Positions 29,093 through 41,000 of a stretch of 64,000 nt of DNA are shown piece after piece. Under the pieces are notes generated by a model. That model made no database searches. It was not told where the DNA came from and worked only from the letters and a program-made list of their open reading frames with translations. Numbering within the stretch: the stretch's first letter is position 1; each line of letters opens with the position of its first letter. Location of the stretch: assembly GCA_040954595.2 (NCBI GenBank), contig CM082590.2, positions 7,316,001-7,380,000 on the forward strand, written 5' to 3'. Source of the DNA: Balanoglossus misakiensis. Its lineage: Eukaryota > Animalia > Hemichordata. The translations under genes were made by a program, and so were the position numbers.

Positions 29093-31927
29093 ATATTTCT
29101 GATTTAATATGTATCAATTGGCAGATTCTCCCTTAACAGTGGTATCAATGCAGATTGTGTGTTTATAAACAAAAAAAGTCGCACATGTGCAGTTCAGATA
29201 ACACTTCCCCTTTAAAGACAGGAAAAAACATTGCAAGCTAGTGTGAGTTTAACTCTTGAAGATGGACATGCTCACGAAATAAAGGTCAAAAATACACACT
29301 CTGGGAAGGAAAAGCCTGGATTGAAGTGATAACTGTTATTACGGGTGAACGCGTTTTCTGCTTGCGGCGTGTCAAATCATGGTGCTCTGATGATTTTTGA
29401 AGTATTTCTCTCCAGAGTGTGTTGAAGGGAAACAAATTTGAAATGATAAAGCTCAGTGGGACTCATCATGCACTGGATAGATTTCATCTCTCAGGAATTC
29501 GTCGTCATGGTACTCGTCTCCGAGGAGACAGCCTGACTCGAAAACGAACCTTACTTCTCAGATAAACAAATAATTTTTTTTTCTTCAGGAAAAAACAAAA
29601 CAAACGTTACTTCTCGAAAAAAAAAAATTTTCGCAGGAAAAAACAGACTTACACGGCGCATTTAAGTCACAATTGAATGCTTTTAATACAGCACGGGGAA
29701 CTGCCAAGCCATAACGAAAGCACCCATCGTAACTTAAGTGCGGCCCACAGCTGAACAAGTGTCGCGGCGTCCGCCCACCTTTGGACAATTGCGGCTCTAG
29801 TCAAACAAACCATTAGTGATTTTAGCTTTGTACTTTTCCGGCCGTCCTTTTATCAGTTGTGAAGGATGAACAACGCAATCCTCCGAGAGAAGTTCGCGTG
29901 TTAATAAACTTGGCGTATCTTTAGATGAATCTGCATATATTAATTATTCATGAGTTGTCAATTTACCCATCTTGTTAAAACGTTCACAAACATATACAAG
30001 TTGAACCAGCTCAGGTTTTAACTGAGTTTCACAGAGTTTGCCCTTTTAAAAGTGTATTTTAAAAGGATTTCAGTAGAAAATTATGTCTTGTAGCAGTAGT
30101 GTCTGTGTGATAGCCACAAACTGAATTTGCCGAAGATCTAATGCTGCTTAGAGACAGCGTGTCAATTGATTCATCCGCGGTCATGCATTATTCATGAGGC
30201 ATCATGCATGATGCATGCCCGGCTCATGCATGATTCATGAGCTGATCATGTGATCAAGCAATTATTTACATGTGACAGGACGCGACTATATGACTTTAAA
30301 TGTGATTGATGGTGAAGTAATACAGCTAGATTATAGTGTATCCTGCATCGAGTGACCGGGGGACTGAAGCACTTGTCGGATTTGATCATTTGAAAGGTTA
30401 TTTTCTTGCTAATCTGTGAAAGATATCGAGATGTAAATATGGCTGCGATCAAGTTGGATTTCTTTCCTTGTCATGAGAAAATGTGAAATCTTCGCGATTA
30501 ACCGTTCATACCTATGAATGAACTGTGGTATTTTATTTCTCAGCTGTAGCTTGGAAAAGACATAAAATATTGCCGTTTTTTTCCCAAATTCTACAAAAAT
30601 GACTAATGTTTTTTTCAAATTCAGTGTATACAACTCCATTTTATCACATTACTTTTTCACAAATTAAAATTTCAATAGCTAAAGCAAATTCTAAAAGATG
30701 GCGTCTAAATCATGGAATATAAATCGAGAGATTTTTTTCTGTGTGAAGCGAGCAGACTATTAAACAGATTGTTCCAGGTCAGGAATCTTGTTTTTGATGA
30801 CAGATGGTTGTGGAGTTTACATGCGCAGGAAACTTCCATATCGTTTTTGCCGTCGGCAACAGTGGGTCTCGTCTATTCGACGAAAAATAAAATGATGCTT
30901 TCCGCACGAGCGAACGACAATGACGCAAATACCAATCAACGCTTTGGACCAGAAAGTTTACGGTTCAGAATCATTCTAAAACCACCTGTCTTCGGTCAAT
31001 ATATTTTGAAAAAAATCACATTTCTGGGTTGTTGTCTGGTATAGAGAACGAATTACGAGATCGTAAGCTAACCGGGGCGTGGAACGCCCTTTTGAATTTA
31101 TATGGGGACTTCTTCCGATTTGTTCGGATTTATTTTATTTACATTATTGTCACACACAATTCATGATGTAAGACAGAACGATATACTCAGTTTATCTGTC
31201 TGTGATGTTAAAAGGTAAAATTTCGTGGATAAAATGTTCTGTCTCGTAATCGTACAATCTATACGACACCAGGTGTATAGCCATGCATTGTGTGAAATGC
31301 TTTTAGTAATTCTTCAGTTGCAGAATTTTTAGTTGCACCTGCCTGACCCTGGAAAGGTGTCATGTATCAGGCCTTTTCACTAGGGACATTAGAGACAGCG
31401 GAATTTCTGGAAACTTTTCAAAATGGGATCAAAACGTGAATGATGAACGACAGTTATGATCTGGCGGGTCAAAAATTGATCAAAGCGCTTCAAAAGAGAT
31501 ATATTTCCGAGGTTTTCTTCGATGAGATGAGAAAAAAAGAAGTTCAAAAGAATTGTCGGATATTGAAAAATTCTGATGGTGAATTCCAGCTGATGTATAT
31601 ATTCAACATTTTCAGAAATTTTCGGCTGCACATCATTTTTTTTCGACCATCATATTTTTTTTTAGATCATCAGGGATGAACACTTTCTATTGTCAAATTT
31701 GGATCACACAACTTGTTTTTTACAGTTACTGAACTTCAGAATACTTCAAATTATTTTCCAAGTGATATTACCTACACACAAACCAAATACACTCTTAGTC
31801 GTATAAAACAATGAAAAATATGTGCATAAATTTACCATGTCATACTTAATTAAATCTGTATTGTAAGCAATGAAAAATTTGTTCTTGAATCTTACAATGT
31901 TTTGTATTTGTTTTTGTTTATTGACAG

Positions 31928-32005
31928 GTTCGGACATTGTTTGTTAGTGGGCTGCCTATGGATGCAAAGCCCCGGGAACTTTATCTCTTGTTCAGGGCGT
32001 ATAAG
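31928..32005 (+). CDS. RBPMS: RBPMS-like exon: [26 protein letters not shown] (RRM1 RNP2)
   Basis: ttgacag acceptor, AAG/gtaag donor, 78 nt, phase 0-0. Confidence 0.95.
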
Positions 32006-35000
32006 GTAAGATTGTCGTCATCAACATTTTCACTTGGAGGGCCATCTGAAAAACATGCATAAAACTACACGGTCATGGGAATATTTCAACACACCGTTTT
32101 TCAACTATAAAAGGACAGAATGAAAATAATAGGTGAGCACACAGCTTTTGAAAGTTGAATGTGCACCTTTAATGTTGAGCAGTGACTGTGCACCTTTAAC
32201 ATTTATACTTCACCTTGTTGTCATCTGTCACCTAGGAAACCAGGTTTATTTGAAAAAAATTGACACAGAAAGACTTAATTTTTGCTTGTTCTGTCATGTG
32301 ACCCCTATATACATTATGACCATAAAGATTAACCAGGGGACCATCTTTACGTTTCCAACAATTTCATTTTGTGAGCGATGTCATGCCTAAATGTCTTTTT
32401 CTGTTGTCGCCACTAAATAATACCAAATAATTTGTCGATTTACAGTAATGCTGACTGTTCTCACGACAATGAGTAGGGATGAAAAGATTTTTTGAAATCT
32501 CGGAAATCATAAAAGTACCTTGTGGATAAATGTGATCAGGTGCGGGGCTGGTGTACCGAAGGATATATTAAAAAGAGATTATATTGTAAAGAACAGGTAG
32601 ATTTAGGCTGCAAATGGCTAATCTTATAATCCCTGAACACATAAATGCTGTAATGAATTTTTCACATCTGATTTCCTGCTAAAAAGAGCAAGGTTTCATT
32701 TGGTGTTGCAGAATACGATTATATTTTGCTTGTGGATATATAGAGAATCAACGTTCAACCACACAACTTCCATCCCATTTGTATGAGATGAGAGTAAAAA
32801 TCTCACCCAAAATGAATAAATGGTAAACACTGATTATTCATTTTGGTGAGTTTTTCACTCTTGTGTCTACAAGTGATATGTAGTTGTGTGTAGTCAAATG
32901 TTGATTCACTATATATCCACATGTAGAATAACATAAATGGTGTCTTGTATCAAACATATTTGATGGAAAAGGGCAGCGAGAGAGAGATTTTGTCCCTTTA
33001 ACAAAGAAAGTTGTAAGAATTAGTGTCGTACGCTACACGCTTTGAATGACTCGCGAGATCTTATCTGACACCGAACGAGATCCGCAGATTTTTGTAACAA
33101 TTGCGCAAAAGATGTGACCAGGTGTAGGGAGAGCCTGTAAAGCATGTACTAACAAAGATTACATCAGATCAACGTTGAGATTTTCTGACCAAAAAAAATC
33201 CGGAAACGCACGGCTGTTATGAACTCATGTTCAAAGAGGCACCACATCAGATTAGTGTAACAATCTGTCAAAAGATTATCATCTTATTTCGAGTTTTTTA
33301 AGACCCTAAACATCATGTTGTTAGTTTGGTCTTGCTGTCAAGTTTTTCTGTGTGGATTCCCAGATCATAAATGAAGCACTCCCAATTTTTTTTTTTAGAT
33401 TCCACTGTGCTAATCTCAGCCAATTGTAAAAAAAAACATTTCTCTGATATTCCCTGAGGGCGCGCTTTCGAAAATCAAGAGCTCAGGTTTGATGAATAGC
33501 TCACAAGATCTTGATACACAGAGTCTTGGTAAATAAATCATATCAGTAAAGTGGTACGCAACTGGAAATTTGTTTTCGTTAAAATAAACCAAGGCTTTGA
33601 TATTTTTTGGGTGTGAATTCGAAAATCAAATATAATCATTCATGAATCATGAGCCTTGATATTTTAGGAACCACAGATACCACTGGGTCTTTGACCAATA
33701 TTCACCAAAACAGCTAAATGACATAGAAAAAAAATGAAATTTGACAGCCAAGTAAATCATAAATAGTGATTAAAAAATTTATGCGACTTTTTATTTGTAC
33801 GTTATTTTGGCTCTCGTGTATTTTGCGAAAATTTATTGCTCGCGAAAATAGTCCGTTTTACAGTATTGTACAACAGAACGCCATAAGCTTCCACAGTAGG
33901 GGTATAATAAGATACATTAACTGGAGACGTTGATTTGACGAACACTGCGATGAGATCGAAACAATTTGTATGGCAGTCATGTTCGACACGGCTTTCACAA
34001 GGAAAGTGAACAACTGTGAAAGGCAGCTTTCCAGTAAATCCTTAACAGAGCCAACGACTTAGACGACTGGAGCCAACTGGATTAAAATGTAGCAATTATG
34101 GCCGATTTTCTAGTTTACTGGATACGAGGACTTTAGTCAGACAACCGTAAATGCCACCGTTTTAAGTCCACCCAACCCACGGAAAAACTGACAGCGAATT
34201 TTCATTGCAAACCAGCTTTTTTAACGGAATTTTTTTAACGAATGGATATTTTTACACCATTTTCTTTAAAATATCTTAGATATCAAAAATTGTATGACTA
34301 AAATTTATGTAAAAAAAACTGATTTTTTACTTTGATGTTCATTTTGGAGAAAATACCATTTCATGTAAATTACGTGTTACCAGTATTTTAAGGATTTTGT
34401 TTTTAATGTTGAGGTTGGATGTAAACCGAGGACTTATAAGAGTTGTCATGGTTACATTCTGTGCAGAGAAAAACCAGGATTTGAATACGATCAATCAGTA
34501 TTATTTGAAGATATTAAAAGTTCAGTTTGCGTTTCAATAAGCGTCGTGTGACAAGACTTGCTGAAGATGATCGTACAATGCAAATCTTAAGGTCGTAAAT
34601 CCTCGCACAGCAGATATTTATGTCTAATGAATAACCGGGAAAACATGCATTCCGGGATTTAATTCGGAAGCAGTCGGTTCGGATCAGCTGCTCGTCCACA
34701 TCTGTCATATTTTGTTGACCATCTTGGTCCGGTTCGTTCTTTCAGGTTTTGAGGAAATTAGCATGTTTCATTTCCTGATGTCTAGCACTGGGACAAACAG
34801 TGCCTTGCAGGCAAAGGCTGTGATATAAGAACCGTTCAACAGTTATGACATCAGTGTTATAGGGACAAAGTCTCTCTCTCGCTGCCCTTTTTCTATTAAT
34901 CACGTTTGATACAAGACACCATTTATGTTATTCTACATGTGGATATAGAGTGAATAAACGTTCGACCACACACAACTTCCATCCCGCTTGTAGGATATGA

Positions 35001-38000
35001 GAGTAAAAATCTCACCAAAATGAATAAATGGTAAACACTGATTATTCATTTTGGCGAGTTTTTCACTCTCATGTCTACAAGTTGGATGGAAGTTGTGTGT
35101 GGTTGAACATTGATTCACTATATATCCACATGTAGAATAATATAAACAATGTCTTGTATCAAATATAATTAATGGGAAAAGGGCAGCGAGAGAGAGACTT
35201 AACATTCCGCCCCCAAGCAAGATGCGAGAAGTCGGCGATTACAAGTAATTGTAGACACTGAAAATAGTACATTGAAGTACAAACATTAAAGGTGCATAGT
35301 CACTGCTGCGCTCAACATTAAAGGTGCACATTCACCTTCCATAAAAAAGTTGTACACTCATCCGTTGTTTACATTTATGTCCATTTATTAAGGGCGGTGT
35401 TTCAATATTCTCCTGACTGTAGTTTAAGTGCATGTTTTTCAGATGGCCCTCCAAGTGAATACTTGTGATTGGCTCAGTCTGTAGTATCATTTGCATTTCA
35501 CGTAGTATATTCGTAGCATTTGCTGCTAGGATTTTGATAGATAATGCTGCCTTTAGAAAGGATTGTCAAATAAATTTTTTTTATTATTCAACATGGAAAA
35601 GGTCGATATGAACATACGTGTTCAAGAATATTCCATGATATATGAGCAACAAGGGGAATAGAAAATGAAGACTTGTATATGAACATGATAATTATCTCCA
35701 TCTGTCACTCATGTTAATTCTGTTTTGTGTTACCAGGGTTACGAAGGCTCATTATTAAAAGTCACTGGCAAACAGGGTAAAAATACATCGGTAAGTATGC
35801 TATAATTGATTTTCATCAAAATTTGCAAGTCAGATAATTTGTATCCTGTGAGTGTCGAAAGCTTGTAGGTAGACTACATTCTTGCATATCATGAAGATAT
35901 ACCGTAAAAAACGTGAAAATTAAAGTCGCGTAAAATAATTATCACAGATAACGATGCAGTTAGTGAAATACGAGAACACAAAAATTAATCCTCGCATAAC
36001 AGTTGCCTCTTTTGATATTGCAAAAATTTCCTGTCGCGAAAATAACTCGTTTTACAGTATATACCTGCATTACATGTTATCATTATAATGATTGTATCTT
36101 TAATAAAATTCTACCATTTCTATTTCTGCCCTCTTTCCGTGATCGAAATTTGCGTCCAATTTGAGCAACAGCAAGAACCACTCGATTTACAAATTTCATA
36201 CTCTAATTCCAATAGATATCACAGAACAGCATAAGGACCGCTCTTGTTCTGATTAAAGCACACATTAACCCTTTCAACGCCATAGTCAACTTGTCGTCAT
36301 CTTCCAAAATATGAAACCTCATAATTTTTTTCACATTTTTTCCCAAATTTTGATGGAGACTTGCAGACAATCGAAAATTATGTCCACATGGTCTAAAATT
36401 AAGGGAAAAAATTGGAGAAAAATGGGTGAAACAGAAAAAAATTGTTGCACCATCGAGAAAAATGCGGCATTCAAAGGGTTAAGTAGATCACGTTCTAGTT
36501 TCTGAGCAATTTAGGATGTTTCTTTCATCGCAATAAAGTAACGGTTTCATCAGCTCGCGTCTCCATCACTGTCATGACACATGACGACAGTAAACCAGGT
36601 GTTAATGTGTGTGGCTAAGGCAGTGTGTTAACACGAAGGGCTGGGTTGCCATATTTCAAATTTACAGGGACGAGTTCATTGTTTATCCGGTCACATCTGG
36701 AATAGCGTCTCTAGGGTCCCGGGTAGAAAAAAACTCACATCCCTTAGAATCAGATCACCTATTTCACAAATTGTAGAAGATTTAAAGGGACAGTGATGTA
36801 AAGTTTGATTGTTTCAAATTATTTTGTTGTGTCTAACAAAATATCACCCAATACCATGCCTGTCAGTTTAACAAAAAATGAACTAACATAAATGACATTG
36901 TTTATTAATAAATATTAAATAATGTCCATTTTTAAAGGCACCACAAATTTTTACATATCAACTTTTGAAGGGCTGTTCTTCAGTGGAATGAATATAGTAT
37001 TGCCCCTTTAATATATAAAATATTCACATAGCTTTCTGAAATCCAAAAATAAACATTTATTAGTAATATAGTCTTCTATAATTGAAGTATCTCAAATATT
37101 TCTCATCTGATATTTCGAGATAGAGATCACACAAATGCTAATTACTAGGTGAATTATATTACAGAAGGAATTTGATTTAATTTGTCACGTTTCTCATTTC
37201 CAATAAAATGCTATGAATAATCTTCCTGTGATTATCAAAGTTATTTCAAGCTAATTTCTGCCAGTGGCAGTTAAGTATAATCTATCCCTTAAATTCTTCA
37301 GTTTGGGATTGGCATATTTTACTTAATAATGCCTGGGTTTTTTAACATATTGGAATTTAGGCTTGGGAAAGTAGATTTTTCCTGGATTTTTCAAGCATAA
37401 ATGTTTAAAAGTAATTCAAGAACGATTATTCGTTTTGGCGAGTTTTTCACTCTTGTGTCTACAAGCGGGATGGAAGTTGTGTGTGGTCGAACGATGATTC
37501 ACTATATACCCACATGTAGAATAACATAAACGGTGTCTTGTATCAAACATAATTAATGGAAAAGGGGCAGCGAGAGAGAGACTTTGTCCCTTTAACAGAT
37601 AGTGGTATATACCTGCGAGACATACCATAGTATGTACCCTTGGGGCATTACCATTAGTTGGTTAGGGAGATAATGCAACAGCTGCTCACCAATGTTACTT
37701 AGACGTCCTCCTCTGGGATAGTTTCCGGAGCAGTCCTTCGCGATTTGAAATGTCAAAATCTCTGGGATCCCCACTTGAGCCGTCTAATTGCTAAAGTAGG
37801 CAATGTTTGCAGGATATAGCTTGTTATTGTGACTATTTTCGGAGTTGATCAACTGAAGTGTTCTCGTATCGTCCTGCTTTTTTACCGTTTTGAAATGTCA
37901 GTCGTTTAGATCACATAACTTGAGCTCGAATGATTATAGAAGTCTAGTACAAACCTCAGGGATAGATTATCAGAAGAATGATAGTCCTCCGAAATTTCAA

Positions 38001-41000
38001 ATTCGAAGTATGTCAAAAAATGAAGAAGAAAACAAGGTATCACCATCTTGTTTTCGTAAAAAATCACTACTTTTTTCACCATAGTTAAAAACAAGATGGC
38101 GGCCATTTTGAATTTCAAATTTGAGACAAATTCACTCAATCATTCAAAATTTGGTATACAGACTCCCAATTTTCATTTGAAATTTTAAGAGAGAGCGACC
38201 TTAAGTTGCGATGAGCTATAAAATCTGCAGAAAATATTTGAGACTTTAATTTTTGAGAAAATGTTTCATGGATGTGATTTGTCATTAAAATTGTCGTACG
38301 TCGTAATAGAAAATACATAAAGGACAGATCAGTAGTTGTTTTGTCTACATGGTGAAATTTTATTCACAATTATTAAGACAACTTGCGTATACCTTTCAAG
38401 CTTTGAAAAAAACTAATATCTGAGCAGAATCTACATATTCCATCTAAGCTTAAATTTTGTCAAATTAACAATGCAAACATACCGTAGATAGCCAAAATAG
38501 TTTCAAGCTATGTCAGGAGACACTGTAGACTGGAGATGAGTGTAATCATAGACAAGTACAAGTGTGTTTGTGAGCTATTTATTTCTCAGACCTCATTTTT
38601 GAGAATCAGTCATGTCATTGATACCATCTTGTTTGCATAGAAAATTCCACCATATCTAAGGTGTCAATCTTTGTAGTGGGTTATCCCTTCTAATGAACAT
38701 TTTCGTCGTTATCTGTGCGGGGTTCAGATTAACTGTCATTCTGATATTCTAGTAGACATCCTATATGTCAAGCGATGCTTACTATAGCTGTATATAAAAT
38801 CAGTCAAAAAAACTGACAGTCTGAGTAATGTATTCTGACACCCTGATGTGCTCATGTTGTTTTGAAAAGACAGTCAGGTCTCACTAATGAGAAACCTGAT
38901 TCTCGACTATCTTTGGAAAGAAAATGTCTATGTAATATTTTTCCGTCAACAGGAAGAATACTGTTTATATTTAGTACAACGCATAAATTCCTGTAAATGA
39001 AGCTGTGCGTTTCCATAGCTGCGATGTGGTACTTTTTAGTTGTCGTAAGGTCAACACACTTTTGGATTTATAGGGAAAAAGTCGGCCATTTTGAAAGTTA
39101 TTCTGGATGCAATATTTTAGGTTTATCTTAAAATGTTTATCTTTTTTTCTACAGCCTGTAGGATTTGTTACATTTGAAACAAGAGCTGGTGCCGAGGCAG
39201 CAAAACAAGCCCTTCAGGTAAGCCTGCCCTCCCCTCTAACGTCATAAAAATAGAATAACCCAGACTGGTAAACCCCTGAAGGTTTGTACGGTGCGGTCTC
39301 AAGAGGGAGCTGTTTTCACGCCCTGTCATGAATCCCTGACACCATATCCGATCTCACTGTGCATTCAAATACATAAGGGGAGAACCATTTGATTTCTAGG
39401 GGGGATTTGTGTATGCCAGCAATTTTGTTTCAGTGACTGTTACAGTAATCCTTTTCAATTGCCAGTCCATCTTTTTACTAAAGCCCATTGCAGAAGAATT
39501 ATTTTCCTCCACACAATCCACCAACAAATTTGGCCCCAAATAAACCTTCACCCCCCACCCTGAAATCAAATGGTTCTCCCCTAAATATACATCTGCATGG
39601 AAGTTCGAAAACTTTACTAGCTAGGGAGCCATTGCAAGATAAGTCTGATGCGTTGCCCGTAATACGACATCATTCGCGAAGTTTTCACGTGACGTACGAC
39701 AGTTTCCCTTAAGGAACTGCGTGCTCATACTACTGATACTTGTCTGATAACGTCAGGATCGCTATTTCTCCGTCTTTTTCCGTTGCCTCGGGAACATTAT
39801 CCCTGGAGTGATAATTTGCAATGACAACCTCCATTCAGCAGTAATTACCGAAGCTTCCTTAACGAGCTGAGACCTCTGAGCTGAATTCTTCAGGGTTTAA
39901 TTGGTGCATCTCGAAAAACCAAACAACGGCGATCGTCCATGTAGGGATGGCAGCATTACTGGAAAAAATCACGATTGTCTGCTGTTCTTAGAATAAAATG
40001 GGTTTTCCGCCTCAAAGTATTTTTTAGATTGGCAAAATCAGTTTCTTAATTCTATGTTCTCTGTTCAGCACCAAAAAAATGTAAACATCCTGCAAAGAAA
40101 GTATTTTGTTGTGATTCCTTATATACTTTTATGGTCTGAGCCCATACATTCATAAAGTAACAGATTTCTGATTATATAATCTATGAACGATCATTTGATA
40201 TTTTCACCCACTTTGAATGAAGGGCACACATCCAGCTGTCTGTCTGTCCATCATTCTGTCTTTGCAACTCGCAGTATATTAACAATTTCAGTGTTAATTC
40301 CGCCATGGTCAAATGACATAATGTTAATTAGGTGATTCCAACCAGACACCAGATGTAGTCAAATTTGTATGCAAATGTCGAAATAACACATCAAAACGTA
40401 CACAAATTATTGCAGGGAAATATTCACCATGTTTCACCTGAGAGCTCGGCTGTGTTTTTTTGTGCTTGATTTGGCAGTAATTTGCACTCCATGTAAACCG
40501 ATGAAAGAAACAGGAAGCTGTCAATTTGGAATCCCATCGCTGTCGCGCAATGCAAGAATTACGTTGACAGTGAAATAGATTTCGATTTAACGCCTCGCGG
40601 AGTCCCTATTCCGTTACGCTGATGGTATTTTTTCGAGATTTTTTAATCAGAGTCTGAAAACGAATTCATAGAAGTGGCAAACTTCTAGAACTCCAGATGA
40701 TTATTCGCGTGATGATTTGAAGAAGACAGTTAAGTTTTGATCTGAAAGTTGTTTGATTAATGTTCAACAGTGAAATAAAAATATTCATGAATATTGGTAA
40801 TTAATGTTTTTTCTCTCAAAAGGAAAGTTAACTTATAAGTCTGTAAACGGCACAATTATTTTTCAGTAACTAAAAAATGACTTGAATATGACAGTTTTTA
40901 GTCTTTTATTGACAATGAGTGGGAACGTGTGTTAATTAGGATATGTTCCAGTTTTAATCCAAGTGTTTATCCTTGCTCAGACTGTTAATTTGTGGAAACA

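Noticed and set aside
34933-35220. Recurrent ORFs containing [10 protein letters not shown]...[18 protein letters not shown] (also near 15.7, 19.2, 37.4, 42.8 and 60.9 kb)
   Set aside because: Incidental translations of the family A MITE arms, not a gene family
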